Positions 19,431-29,758 of a stretch of 64,000 nt of DNA are shown in pieces; the first letter of the stretch is position 1; each line of letters starts with the position of its first letter. Position numbers and translations under genes: made by a program. The notes beneath the pieces are model-generated. The model had not been told where the DNA came from, did no database searches, and saw only the letters and a program-made list of their open reading frames with translations. Source of the DNA: an uncultured Phycisphaeraceae bacterium (GTDB taxonomy: Bacteria; Planctomycetota; Phycisphaerae; UBA1845). The stretch spans positions 82,036-146,035 of the forward strand of contig CAZGJA010000091.1 in the NCBI GenBank assembly GCA_964526695.1, read 5' to 3'.

Positions 19431-20018
19431 GTTGGACCTCCCTGTCCGGAGCGCATCATGTTCCCAACGGCCACGGTATCGCGGCCATCTGCGATTCAAC
19501 CCCAACCGGGGGAATTCCGGTTTTCCCGGAACGGCCACGGCTGGCCTCTGGGGCGTCCGTGCCGAGCCGCGTACGCACGGCCAACCCGCGGCCCGCGTCG
19601 CCCCAGGGCGGCCCGGATCGCGTCGTGGGGCCTCCTGGGCCGGCGAAGCACCCAACCAAAAGCGGACAGGGGGTTGTCCGGTCGTAACTCTTTATTCCCT
19701 CGCGTCTTATGGAAAAACCGGACAGCCGAAAGAAAGTCATTCGATAAGCAGCGCTGTTCCCGCTGGCATTTTCGCAGTATTACTTCACGAAGGAACCATT
19801 GCTTACTCGCGCACAACTCGTGCGAGAGGTTCAAGGGGAGTCGGCGACCAACTTTAGAATCGGTTCCATGCTAACGCTTGCGAGCACGTGTCTCCCGACG
19901 TGAGCCAATGACTGATGGCCCGCCAGCCCTTGGGCCGTGAGCTCCCGTTCGTGTAGAATTCCCCCTAGGCGTGGGCCCGCCGGAGGCGCCTTCGGACCGG
20001 AAGGAGGAGAGCTAACAG

Positions 20019-22346
20019 ATGGCTCGTCAACGTTGTGATCGACCAGGATTGTGGGCTTGGCTTTGGTTTGTCACTCTTGCCTTCGCGATTGACGGTTCTA
20101 GTCGCGCTTCACCATCGGATTGCTTCACCTGGGTCGAGGCCACTCCGGGTCCTCGTCCCAGACGGGAACACGCGACCGCGTTCGATACGAATCGAGAGGT
20201 TTTGGTCCTCTTCGGCGGGTGGGATGGTGACGTTAGTGGCGAGACCTGGGAGTACGACGGAACCTCCTGGGCGCTACGATCGACCACCGGGCCTTCCCCA
20301 CGGCGCTTTCACGGGATGGCCTTCGATTCCAACCGCGGCGTCACAGTACTCTTCGGTGGATCGAATGCCGCCGGCGGACGTAATAGCGAGACCTGGGAAT
20401 GGAACGGAGAGTCTTGGAGCCTCGCCTCTTCCACTGGACCTTCACCGCGCGACAAGCATGCGATGGCTTACGATTCACAACGTAGCGTAACCGTGCTAAC
20501 CGGTGGACACGACGGGGAGACGAATCGGGAAACATGGGAGTGGGACGGAGAATCGTGGATCCTCCGTGCGACCGATGGAATTGACCCCGTCCGGGAGCAT
20601 GCGATGGCTTACGATAGTCGGCGAGCTGTCGTCGTACTCTATGGAGGACGAAGCAGCGGCTATTACCAGCACACGCTTGAATGGGACGGCAGTCGATGGC
20701 ACCTCCGCACATTCGATGGGCCGAACAGTCGCGCCAATCACACGATGACTTTTGACCAGGAACGAGGAGTTACTGTCCTCTTTGGTGGAGAGGTGCAAAG
20801 CAGGCGACTAGGTGATACTTGGGAATGGGACGGCGAGACCTGGCGACGAGTGGCCGAAGAAGGTCCAACACCTCGGCGATCGGCTTCAATGTCTTACGAC
20901 TCCGCGCGCCGACAATGCCTGTTATTTGGTGGTTTTGACGGAAACGACTCCGGAGAAACTTGGGCGTGGCGCGGTGAGCAATGGTCCCTCGATCATTCCT
21001 CGGGTCCACCGTCCCGTTATGGCGCTGCAATTGCCTATGACGAGTCTGCTGAGGTATCCGTTTTGATGGGTGGCGGTACGGCCACCCGGGTGCTTTCCGA
21101 CACTTGGGTCTGGAACGGCGTGGTCTGGAGACAAGCAGTCCAGAACGGACCCTTCGAACGCATATACCCCGAGATGGCGTATGACTCTTGGCGCTCCCGT
21201 GTTGTCCTATTCGGCGGGCGTGATGGGTCCTCACAGGACAAAGCTGAAACGTGGGAATGGGACAATTCGGAGTGGACATTTCGGACAACGTCCGGACCGT
21301 CGGCGCGCTACGATCACGCGATGGCGTTCGACAATCGTCGAAGAGTGACGGTGTTGTTCGGCGGCAACGTTGGCGGTCGTGAAACATGGGAGTGGGATGG
21401 GAATGATTGGTTGCGTGTGGCTACAACAGGTCCATCAGCGCGCCGTGGTCATGCCATGGCCTTTGATGAGCGTCGAGCTGTGACTGTCCTGTATGGAGGG
21501 AACTTCAGCTCACGAGAAACGTGGGAATGGAATGGCAGTCAATGGCATCTGGCCTCCAGCAGCGGACCGACCCCGCGTATCGATCACACGATGGCCTATG
21601 ATCGTGACCGCGAGGTCGTGATGCTCTTCGGCGGAAATGACGGGGGATTCGACAACGAGACGTGGGAATGGGATGGAGAAGTCTGGCGGCGACGAACAGG
21701 GCCCAGTCCGGACGGCAGACGCAGTCCGATCATGGCCTACGACTCCGGCCGTCGTCATCTCGTCCTCTACGGCGGGCTCAAAGAGTCCGGGGACACGGCA
21801 GGTGATACCTGGGAATCGAGTAGCCTTGCCGGGCCCGAGTTTCAGGAACATCCCGTTGATGTGCAGAGCGATCCCGGAGATGATGTCGTGCTGAAGGGAT
21901 CGGCTTTCGGCGCTGAAGATTATCGGTGGACAAAAAATGGAGTCGACGTCGTTGATGGCGATCGCATCATCGGATCCAGAACGCCGATTCTGACGCTTCT
22001 CAATGTCGAGCCAGGTGACGGAGGTCGCTACGCTCTTCGCGCGTCAAATGAATGCGATACGTCGACCAGCCACGACGCTCTCGTATGGGTCGGCGACGTA
22101 GCCTGCGAAGACATCCATCGCCTTTCGGCCAGATGTCATCGCGAGAAAGTTGTCGTCACGGTTTTTCTAAATTCTCTCGCCTTTGACGGCCAGTCGGTCG
22201 TTGTCGCAGCGGGTGAGTTCAAACGCACGCTGCAGATCATAGGCAACAGGGCGCGCGGAAAGTTAAAGAATCCAGAAACGTTCGACTCCATTTCAATCTA
22301 CACCCCTGCCGACTGTGGGATTGAAACAACAGTCGATTGTGAGTGA
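20019..22346 (+). CDS. Secreted Kelch-repeat beta-propeller protein with C-terminal Ig-like domain (775 aa)
   Basis: GGAAGGAGGAG SD. The signal peptide is MARQRCDRPGLWAWLWFVTLAFAIDGSSRA. There are at least 12 repeats of the form FGG...ETWEWDG..W. The Ig-like segment is VLKGSAFGAEDYRWTKNG...GRYALRASNECDTS. Confidence 0.8.
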   Translation: MARQRCDRPGLWAWLWFVTLAFAIDGSSRASPSDCFTWVEATPGPRPRREHATAFDTNREVLVLFGGWDGDVSGETWEYDGTSWALRSTTGPSPRRFHGMAFDSNRGVTVLFGGSNAAGGRNSETWEWNGESWSLASSTGPSPRDKHAMAYDSQRSVTVLTGGHDGETNRETWEWDGESWILRATDGIDPVREHAMAYDSRRAVVVLYGGRSSGYYQHTLEWDGSRWHLRTFDGPNSRANHTMTFDQERGVTVLFGGEVQSRRLGDTWEWDGETWRRVAEEGPTPRRSASMSYDSARRQCLLFGGFDGNDSGETWAWRGEQWSLDHSSGPPSRYGAAIAYDESAEVSVLMGGGTATRVLSDTWVWNGVVWRQAVQNGPFERIYPEMAYDSWRSRVVLFGGRDGSSQDKAETWEWDNSEWTFRTTSGPSARYDHAMAFDNRRRVTVLFGGNVGGRETWEWDGNDWLRVATTGPSARRGHAMAFDERRAVTVLYGGNFSSRETWEWNGSQWHLASSSGPTPRIDHTMAYDRDREVVMLFGGNDGGFDNETWEWDGEVWRRRTGPSPDGRRSPIMAYDSGRRHLVLYGGLKESGDTAGDTWESSSLAGPEFQEHPVDVQSDPGDDVVLKGSAFGAEDYRWTKNGVDVVDGDRIIGSRTPILTLLNVEPGDGGRYALRASNECDTSTSHDALVWVGDVACEDIHRLSARCHREKVVVTVFLNSLAFDGQSVVVAAGEFKRTLQIIGNRARGKLKNPETFDSISIYTPADCGIETTVDCE

Positions 22347-22794
22347 AACCCGAGCATCAATAAGGACTATTTACCCAAGCTCCCTTCTCGCCTGCTGGTT
22401 TGTCTCCCTAATGCCGGCTTGCACAGCGGGAATTCCCAGCGGAGGGCGATCGGCTCAAGCGGCGCCCAGGAGCGCGCGGCGGCTTCAATGGCCGCGCCGG
22501 GTTCTTCGTTCTCGTCGCAGCCCATCGGCAGGAAGCGGTAGAACGCATCCAGCACGACCAGGGCGAACGGGCCCGGCTCGATGGACTCGAAGCAGGCGCG
22601 CAGCGAGACGGCGCGTCCCCACCCCCCAGCGCCAGCACCCGACCGTCGCGGTCAACCCGTTTTGCCACCGCGCATCGTGACCACTCAAGCCGATTCCCCC
22701 GCCAGGCCAACCGACTTCTTTCCCTTCCTTCCCGCCTTCACCCCACCCCATTGTGTGCGCGCGTGAGCAGACGCATAGGCGCGTGCGAGGGGTG

Positions 22795-22880
22795 GGAGAA
22801 AGAGAGAAAGAAGAAGAGAAGTAGTAGTATTTATATATATTTTCATGCATTCTTCTTTCACTGTTCCTTCACCTTCCTTC
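22795..22880. promoter_or_regulatory. AT-rich purine/pyrimidine mirror-palindrome island in the convergent intergenic space next to the primase 3' end
   Basis: gagaaagagagaaagaagaagagaag-tagtagtatttatatatattttcatgcatt-cttctttcactgttccttcaccttccttcc. The GA-rich arm is complementary to the TC-rich arm around an AT-rich core. The surrounding DNA is about 68% GC. Confidence 0.5.
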
Positions 22881-25292
22881 CACGCCTTCGCTCTCCAGCC
22901 GGTACAGCGTGCGGGGCCGCCCCTCGGTCGCCAGGGCGTCGATCGCCACGTCGCCGCGCTGGACGAGCGTCTCGATCAGCTCGCGGAAGCTCTTGGCGTC
23001 AATCTTCATGCGTTTGAGCAGTACGTGGTGCGGGAGGGTCCGGTCCGGGGCATCCCGCAGCTTCTTGAGCAGCCGCAGGCAATGGGCATGGAACGGGTTG
23101 TCGGCCACGTGGCCGGCGGCCTGGTACAGCATCCGCCGGACCTGATGGGTGACCAGCCGTGAGGCCCAGCGGGCGGCCTGCGCGCCGATGCGCGGCTCGC
23201 GGTGGTTCTCACTGACGGCGTAGACCAGGGCGAGCTTGCGGGCCTGCTCGCTGACGCGACCCCAAACCGTGGTGCTAACGGCGTCCTGGGCGGACTGGGC
23301 CCTGTTGTACTCGGCGTCAGCTTCCTCACGGGTTTCGGCAAGCAACCGTCGCGCGTCCTCCGAATGCTCGACGACGGCCGGCGATGGATGAGATTCCGCC
23401 AGATTCCCGGCGCCGGCCCGGAACTCCGCCCACCATTTCGCGGTATCGAGGATGCGCGAGGGCAGCTCGCGGATCGACGATTCCTGACCGCGGCGCTGCT
23501 GACCGGCCTCCAGGATGAGCATGCGGGCGAAGAAGCCGTTGGTCAGCATCCGCTCGGAGAGGGCCTCGTAATAGTGGTTGGGGATGGCCGTACCGAAGAG
23601 GACCAGGCACGGCTGGTCGATGACGCCGGGGTAGTCCTTGCCGGCCTTGCGGCGCATGGGGTAGACGCTGTTCGATGAGGAATACAGCGTCAGCAGCGTG
23701 CTCATCATGGTCTCGTAGCGGGCGTCGCGGGCCTTGTTGATCGACTGCAGGATGCCGTCGATCTCGTCGGTCTGCACGAGCATGGCCGGATCGGCGAACA
23801 GCGCGTCCTGGACGGCCTCGCCCGAGGCCATGCGCTCGCCGAGGCATCGTGTACAGCCCACGGCGTTGAGGATCTGTGTGTTGACTTTCCGCGGCGCATC
23901 CTTGCCGGCCGAGGAATGGGCCAGGGCCAGGACGTAGATGTTGGTCCGATTGTCGCCGGGGTCGCGCACCTTGCGCCCGGCCAGGAACGCCTGCAGCGCC
24001 AGCGCGCCGCCGAACGCCAGGGCTTGATTCGGGTACGGGGCGCTCTCTAGGCAGTAGTCCATCACCTCGCCGATGAAGCCGGGAATCCGCAGAAGCTCGT
24101 TGGGAATCGGCCCGGGATCGGGAGGCTGGATGTCTCCGGGGCCGGCCGGCGCATCGCGCGGTCGGACGCTGAAGCTGGACAGATCTACGTCACCGGAGTC
24201 GACGGGCGGCGGCTCCCAGCCCGGGTCCAGCGCTTTCCGAAGATCATGCCACGTGTACGCCTGCCCGCGGCTGTGCTTGTTGCAGTAGGCCAGCTTGCCG
24301 TTGTTGCCAATAAGAACGGCGATGTCGGAGCCGCCCGTGGAGACGATCTCGGGATCGATCGGGCAGCGTTCGAGTAGAAGCAGCGTCTTGTTTCCGTTGC
24401 GGCGCTCGCCCTTGACAGCCACGCCGCGTCCTTCGAGCCAGGCCCGCACGCCTGCGGGAGTGCAATCGAAACGAGCAGCGTCACTGGCGGGCACGACCGA
24501 GGCCCGTGGTGCGTCGGCGTGGACCCTTGCGGTTTCGGCTACGGTTCGTAGCAGATCTTCAGGCACGACAGCGAGCGTGCCGGGAATGTCGATGAATTCG
24601 GATCGCCGATGCGGACGGTCCTCAAGGCCGGCGACACCGCGCAGCTCATCCCCCTTGCGCGCCGTGGTTCCGACGATCTTGACGATCCGCGCCGCGTTAT
24701 GAACGGAACGATCGACTGCCACATGGCCGTCGCTGAAGCGATCGGCGAGCGCCGCCAGGATGGCCTTCACCAGGCCGCCGTCATCGGCAGGAAGGTTGAT
24801 GCGATAAAGAAGGTGAAAGCCGTTCCCCGACATCACCTGGAGGGGATCGGGCCAACCGATCGATCGCAGGTGGTCTGAGACGCAGCGGGCGCGCTCGTGC
24901 GCCTGCGCCAACTCAGCTTCCGTGGAGCTGATGCCGGCGGGCCGGACCGGGTCCACGTCGATGAGCAGCCAGCGCCGCAGGACGACGTCCTTGTCCGAGG
25001 TGGTCTCGCGGACCCTGGACTTTATACGGTTCGCGGCGCGAGCCAACAGCGCCGGGGCGACGGGGCTCATCGTCACGTACATACCCGGCGCGATCCTCGA
25101 CTGATCCAATTCGGCAATCGCGGCGACGGCTGCATCCAGGGTTTCGTGAGTGAAATACCCACTGCACGTAACGGCGTAGCGCGCATCCTTGCGTTCGCGG
25201 CATTCCGGCGCGCGAACCTCGAACACGTCCCCCGGCTGAAACAGCAGGGAGAGGAAGGCGCGGATCGCAGAGGTATCCCCGGAGTGCTTCAT
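22869..25292 (-). CDS. Phage replication primase-polymerase (Prim-Pol N-domain) with DUF3987-like helicase-associated C-domain
   Basis: LLIDVD and VMSGNGFHLLYRIN motifs are present. The large C-terminal region contains a P-loop-like segment. ATGA overlap with the upstream helicase. Confidence 0.75.
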   Translation of the reverse strand: MKHSGDTSAIRAFLSLLFQPGDVFEVRAPECRERKDARYAVTCSGYFTHETLDAAVAAIAELDQSRIAPGMYVTMSPVAPALLARAANRIKSRVRETTSDKDVVLRRWLLIDVDPVRPAGISSTEAELAQAHERARCVSDHLRSIGWPDPLQVMSGNGFHLLYRINLPADDGGLVKAILAALADRFSDGHVAVDRSVHNAARIVKIVGTTARKGDELRGVAGLEDRPHRRSEFIDIPGTLAVVPEDLLRTVAETARVHADAPRASVVPASDAARFDCTPAGVRAWLEGRGVAVKGERRNGNKTLLLLERCPIDPEIVSTGGSDIAVLIGNNGKLAYCNKHSRGQAYTWHDLRKALDPGWEPPPVDSGDVDLSSFSVRPRDAPAGPGDIQPPDPGPIPNELLRIPGFIGEVMDYCLESAPYPNQALAFGGALALQAFLAGRKVRDPGDNRTNIYVLALAHSSAGKDAPRKVNTQILNAVGCTRCLGERMASGEAVQDALFADPAMLVQTDEIDGILQSINKARDARYETMMSTLLTLYSSSNSVYPMRRKAGKDYPGVIDQPCLVLFGTAIPNHYYEALSERMLTNGFFARMLILEAGQQRRGQESSIRELPSRILDTAKWWAEFRAGAGNLAESHPSPAVVEHSEDARRLLAETREEADAEYNRAQSAQDAVSTTVWGRVSEQARKLALVYAVSENHREPRIGAQAARWASRLVTHQVRRMLYQAAGHVADNPFHAHCLRLLKKLRDAPDRTLPHHVLLKRMKIDAKSFRELIETLVQRGDVAIDALATEGRPRTLYRLESEGVEGR

Positions 25293-26968
25293 CAGAATGG
25301 ACAGTCGTCCGGACGGACGGACGCCGGTGCTGGAACTTGTTCCTCCTCCGAATCCGGGCGAGGGGGTTTCTCGCCCAACCGATAGGCCACAACGTGGTCG
25401 AACTTCTCGCCGGGCTTATGCTCGACGGTCACGCTGAGCGTGAGCGCCACGGCACCGGCATGCGAGAAATCGACGGCGTCCTGGGCGGTTGCGGGTATCG
25501 GGTCGGGCGACCGAGCGCGCCACCAATGCTCGGCCTTCTGGCGCGCGAAGCCTTCGTGCTCGAAACACACCCATTCGCTGACGTACTCATTGAACCCGAC
25601 GCGGTAGTCCACGCGCATCGTCCGCGGCGCATCCGTCGGCGCGCCGCGCTTTGTGTGGACGCTGTAGAACACATCAGTGACTTCGTGCTCGGTGCGCGTA
25701 ATCTGGTCGGAGAGGATGCCTTCGGAAGACGCGGTGGATGCGTGCTTCTCGCGCTCGCGCGGTGGGAACGCGTGCCCGCACGCCGGACAGGTTGTGTAGC
25801 CCGCGGCGATCAGCTCGAGACATTGGGGGCATTCCTTGGCTGGGGCATCGCCGTTGCCGCTGTAATTAGATTCGGTGACGCGCATCGCATCGACGGGCCC
25901 GTGACGCAGGACGTTTCCGCCGAAGTCAAGGACCAGGGCATCGGTTTTGCCCGGGTGCAACCGGAACCCACGCCCAACCATCTGGTAGAAGAGACCCGGC
26001 GACATCGTCGGACGCACCAGCGCCACGCAGTCGATGTTTGGCGCGTCGAACCCCGTCGTCAGCACGTTGACGTTGCACAAGTACTTCAGCTCGCCGCCGC
26101 GGAATCGCTTCAGCGTCACATCACGTTCGAACGGTAACGTCTCGCCGCAAACAAACCCGCACTCCAGGCCGTGACGCTCACCCAATACGCGGCAGATATG
26201 CTCGCCGTGGCGCACGCCGCTGGCGAAAATCAGCACGGACCTGCGGTCCTGCGTGTGCTCGATGATCTCGCGGCAGGCGCCCAGGACGAGGTTGTCGTCG
26301 TCCATGAGCTGCTCGACCTCATTGGCCATGAACTCGCCGGCGCGGACGTGGAGCCGGTCGGTGTCGGGCTTGAGGCTGCCGGCCTTGGTGCGCAGCGGGC
26401 ACAGGTAGCCCTGTACGATGAGCTCGCGGACGCTGATCTCGTAACAGATGTGGTTAAGGACGTTGTCCGGCGCGCAGATGGTGCCGGACTTCATGCGGAA
26501 CGGTGTCGCCGTCAGGCCGACCACACGCACGTTGGGGTTGATGACCTTCAGATCCGCCAGCAGCGTGCGATACATTCCTTCGCCATCGGGCGCAATGAGA
26601 TGGGCCTCGTCGACGAGGATCAGGTCGACAGGCCCGACGTCGCAGGACTTCTCGTACACGGACTGAATGCCAGCGATGGTGACCGCGTAGCCTAGATCCC
26701 GGCGCTTCAGCCCCGCAGAATAGATGCCCAAGGGCAGATCGGGCGCGGTGGCGCGCAGCTTCTCCTCGGCCTGCTCCAGCAGCTCCTTCACGTGCGCCAG
26801 GATAAGCACCCGCCCGTTCCAGACCTGCACCGCGTCGCGGCAGATCGTAGCCATCACCGGCGTCTTGCCGCCGGCGGTGGGGATGACGACGCAGGGGTTG
26901 TCGTCGCGCTCGCGCAGGTGCGCGTACACCGCATCGACAGCCTCACGTTGATAGGGTCGGAGGATCAA
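25292..26968 (-). CDS. DEAH-box SF2 helicase with C-terminal zinc ribbon
   Basis: Helicase motifs YQREAV, PTAGGKT, DEAH, TATP and QMVGRGFR. Zinc ribbon CPQCLELIAAGYTTCPACGH. Confidence 0.85.
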   Translation of the reverse strand: MILRPYQREAVDAVYAHLRERDDNPCVVIPTAGGKTPVMATICRDAVQVWNGRVLILAHVKELLEQAEEKLRATAPDLPLGIYSAGLKRRDLGYAVTIAGIQSVYEKSCDVGPVDLILVDEAHLIAPDGEGMYRTLLADLKVINPNVRVVGLTATPFRMKSGTICAPDNVLNHICYEISVRELIVQGYLCPLRTKAGSLKPDTDRLHVRAGEFMANEVEQLMDDDNLVLGACREIIEHTQDRRSVLIFASGVRHGEHICRVLGERHGLECGFVCGETLPFERDVTLKRFRGGELKYLCNVNVLTTGFDAPNIDCVALVRPTMSPGLFYQMVGRGFRLHPGKTDALVLDFGGNVLRHGPVDAMRVTESNYSGNGDAPAKECPQCLELIAAGYTTCPACGHAFPPREREKHASTASSEGILSDQITRTEHEVTDVFYSVHTKRGAPTDAPRTMRVDYRVGFNEYVSEWVCFEHEGFARQKAEHWWRARSPDPIPATAQDAVDFSHAGAVALTLSVTVEHKPGEKFDHVVAYRLGEKPPRPDSEEEQVPAPASVRPDDCPF

Positions 26969-26973
26969 GTACG

Positions 26974-27684
26974 ATGCTCCGGCGGTGTCCTGCGATGAGT
27001 CAGTTGCCCGATGACATTTCGTATGAGCGATGGGTCGAGCACGTGTTCAATCACCCGGTTCTTGACCCGGCGTGGTACTTCCACCTCGATAGTGAACACG
27101 AAGAAGAGTGGGATTCGAAGGCCGATCCGGCCCGAACCCTGGCCCACCTGACGTGTCTGTTCCGGCAGCCGGCGTTTCTGATCAGACGGTTTTCGTGCGC
27201 GCAGATCGACCAGGGGCTCGGGTATCTGGTCTCCCCATCCTGCTCGAGCCACATGTTCTCGCTGTTGGAGACCTCGATCCCGTGGGAAGAACGTCGCGAA
27301 TGCATCGAGGCTATGCACACGCTCTATTCGGAGCTGATGGCCCCCACGTACGGCGATGTCCTGGGGCACCTGGAAAACTCGACGACGCCAGAGTTGCCTC
27401 ACAACGCCTGCTACATGTGGTGGGATGTTATTCCGTTGTATGGGGGCATGAAGCACGCCGATCGGGACCAGATCAAGGATGCGGTCCTGCACGTGTTCTC
27501 CAAAACACTCAAGCTCACTTCGGAGGCCTGTTTGGAAAGCGTTCTTCACGGCTTGAGTCACTGGCGTATGTATGCACCCGATCTAACCGAACCGATTGTG
27601 CGGACGTTTCTCAAGTCGCGGCCAGCGATCTCCGCGGCTTTGCGTCGCTATGCGAAGCATGCTGCGATGGGACTTGTTCAATAG
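26974..27684 (+). CDS. Hypothetical W/Y/H-rich protein (236 aa), divergent from the replication operon
   Basis: GGAGGA SD 10 nt before ATG 26974. Non-shadow composition (YMWWDVIPLYGGMKHADRDQ). No recognisable family. Confidence 0.4.
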   Translation: MLRRCPAMSQLPDDISYERWVEHVFNHPVLDPAWYFHLDSEHEEEWDSKADPARTLAHLTCLFRQPAFLIRRFSCAQIDQGLGYLVSPSCSSHMFSLLETSIPWEERRECIEAMHTLYSELMAPTYGDVLGHLENSTTPELPHNACYMWWDVIPLYGGMKHADRDQIKDAVLHVFSKTLKLTSEACLESVLHGLSHWRMYAPDLTEPIVRTFLKSRPAISAALRRYAKHAAMGLVQ

Positions 27685-28003
27685 CGCCGGAATCCGCAGT
27701 AAAAAGAGGGTTCGCTGGTAAACCAGCCGGTACTGGCTGATCCTCGTTCGCGTGCTTCCGCAGCCGCTCCGGCACCAGCAGGCTCAGGAGCTCCTCGCGC
27801 GTGCCCATGTGCCGCAGCAACCGCTTGCCCGCGTTGCGCAGCGCGACCTCCACGTCATTGAAGACATCCATCGCCTGCTGATCGTGTACCCGCTCGCTGC
27901 GCGTGGCCGGCCGCTTCTCGAACCAGTCAGCGACGACCACGTAGCGCAGCGCCGCGCCGATCAGCTCATTCGCAAGCACGTTGGGATCGACAGGCTGGTG
28001 CAT
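27611..28003 (-). CDS. Hypothetical phage protein (130 aa)
   Basis: Taken from the internal ATG (28001..28003) of ORF 27611..28384. Upstream of that ATG the frame is Arg-rich and overlaps rusA. Confidence 0.3.
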   Translation of the reverse strand: MHQPVDPNVLANELIGAALRYVVVADWFEKRPATRSERVHDQQAMDVFNDVEVALRNAGKRLLRHMGTREELLSLLVPERLRKHANEDQPVPAGLPANPLFTADSGAIEQVPSQHASHSDAKPRRSLAAT

Positions 28004-28347
28004 GGCATGACTTCGAGACTTACATCCACTCGCCCGCCCGACGCCACCTCGCCGCGTTCGACGAGCAGCCGATCGATCTGCTCGTCCGTGACGAACACCC
28101 CGGCGTGCTGCAGGGCGTCCAGCACCGCCTTCAAACGGTTGTCGATGTCGAACTTGCGCCCATCTGGCGGATGAAGAACAAGCCGAACATCGAGCCGGCC
28201 GCCAAGCGGCGGGGCGCGGTAGCCGACGAGGGCACGGGTAACCGCCTCGCGGTACGCGCGACCCTCGCGGCTCAGCAGCATCCGACCGCGCCACGTCCGC
28301 CAATAGTGGTTCACGCTCGGCGGCCAGGGCAGCGCCAGTTCGATCAT
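27961..28347 (-). CDS. rusA: RusA-family Holliday junction resolvase
   Basis: LPWPPSVNHYWR...DIDNRLKAVLDALQHAGVFVTDEQI is the RusA signature. Confidence 0.75.
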   Translation of the reverse strand: MIELALPWPPSVNHYWRTWRGRMLLSREGRAYREAVTRALVGYRAPPLGGRLDVRLVLHPPDGRKFDIDNRLKAVLDALQHAGVFVTDEQIDRLLVERGEVASGGRVDVSLEVMPCTSLSIPTCLRMS

Positions 28348-28410
28348 CCGTAATCTCCATTGAGCATCCGTGCTCGCAGTCCACTTGCGCTGCCCCGGCG
28401 CACCGATCGA

Positions 28411-28866
28411 CTACCGCTGCCAGGGCGCTTTCCCGTTGGTGGAAGCGAACACCGGCTTGGGCGCGGCCGCGTCCTTGCGTTCGTAGCCGGTGATGACGTT
28501 GGCCATCTCGCCGGTGTCCTTGCGCTTCTTGAGCCCGAGCGCGATGACCAGCGGGATGTTGTGCAGCTCGATGCTGTCCTTGGGCGCCAGGATCCCCACG
28601 GCGCGGCAGATCGCCGACAACTCGCTGCGCGCGATCCTCACCGTGGTGGCGTTGGCGTTGTCCAGGTTAAGCCGCGTCCACACCACGCGGCCCTTGTTGT
28701 CGCCTTCCAGTATCTGGAGCGTGAGCTGGAGGTACTGCGCGCCCCCGGTCTTGGTGGGCTTCATCTGGCTCTCGGTGATCACCGCCAGGTACTTGCCCGC
28801 GGGAATCGGCGGGAATGAGAAGTTCGGGTCGACTTCTTGAGCGTTGAATCCATTCAGGTTCGGCAT
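28411..28866 (-). CDS. DUF669-like phage ssDNA-binding protein
   Basis: MPNLNGFNAQEVDPNFSFPPIPAGKYLAVITESQMKPTKTGGAQYLQLTLQILEGDNKGRVVWTRLNL is the DUF669 pattern. DUF669 is typically adjacent to Sak4. Confidence 0.55.
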   Translation of the reverse strand: MPNLNGFNAQEVDPNFSFPPIPAGKYLAVITESQMKPTKTGGAQYLQLTLQILEGDNKGRVVWTRLNLDNANATTVRIARSELSAICRAVGILAPKDSIELHNIPLVIALGLKKRKDTGEMANVITGYERKDAAAPKPVFASTNGKAPWQR

Positions 28867-28869
28867 GGG

Positions 28870-29652
28870 TTACTCTCCTTGCGTTTGCGGGTCTTCAGTC
28901 GTTGTGGCCGGCACTTCACCGCGCACATACGCGGCGAAGATGCGGTAATCCAATGGAATCTCGTCGGGCAGGCCGAGGCGGTTCTTCGCCACGTGCGCCG
29001 GGCGCTCCGTCGTGCGGAGGATGCGCTCGCCCTGGCCGATGCCCTGGACGCGCAGGCGATCGAACGCTTCCTTCGTGGTCTTGGTGTGGACCTTGTACGT
29101 GGCGAAGAGCACCTCGTCGCACCACTGCTGGACCAGCGCTGAGGCCAGCTTCTGGAGACGCGGGCTATAGCGGTCGTAGGTGTCGGTCTCGGGATTGGCG
29201 AACTTCTCGATCTGGGCATGCGCCAGCAGGACGATCGTCATCCCCCGCTCGTTGCGCAGGGCGTCGAAGCCCTGAAGGATCTCGCGCCACTGGGTGAGCG
29301 CGAACACGTAGCTCTTCCCGTAGGGGATCTCCTCCATGCTCTTGACGCCGTGGGCCTCGCAGACGTCGACCCAGATGAGCCGCTCGAGCCAGTCGAGGCT
29401 GTCGACGACGAGCGTGCGAAAGGTGTGCTCTCGCGTGAACAGTTCACCGAGCGCCGCCAGGACGTCGCGGTAACGCAGCGCGAGAGGGAAGCGCTGACAA
29501 TCGATGTGCGCCAGGCCATCTTCGGTCTGGATGAAGATCGGGGCTTCGGCCATCGAGCCGAAGGTCGATTTTCCAATGCCTTGTGTTCCATACAGCAGCA
29601 CGCGCCGCGGCGCCACCACCTTTCCGCTTTGAACCTGATCCATCAAACTCAT
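28870..29652 (-). CDS. Sak4-like RecA-fold ATPase (AAA_24)
   Basis: Walker A LLYGTQGIGKSTF. Walker B VVDSLDWL. Phage recombination-module context. Confidence 0.7.
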   Translation of the reverse strand: MSLMDQVQSGKVVAPRRVLLYGTQGIGKSTFGSMAEAPIFIQTEDGLAHIDCQRFPLALRYRDVLAALGELFTREHTFRTLVVDSLDWLERLIWVDVCEAHGVKSMEEIPYGKSYVFALTQWREILQGFDALRNERGMTIVLLAHAQIEKFANPETDTYDRYSPRLQKLASALVQQWCDEVLFATYKVHTKTTKEAFDRLRVQGIGQGERILRTTERPAHVAKNRLGLPDEIPLDYRIFAAYVRGEVPATTTEDPQTQGE

Positions 29653-29758
29653 GCTCTTGCCTCCTTCTGATTACCCTGTGAATCCGGGCCCGAAGCCGAC
29701 GGGGTCCCGTCCCGTCCATGGGACACCGACGCTTAAGCCGCCCGCTTCGGGCCCGGAG

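Noticed and set aside
22408-22850. ORFs inside the AT-rich island and spacer
   Set aside because: Low-complexity translations (KEGKEVGW..., poly-purine-derived). More plausibly non-coding regulatory DNA.
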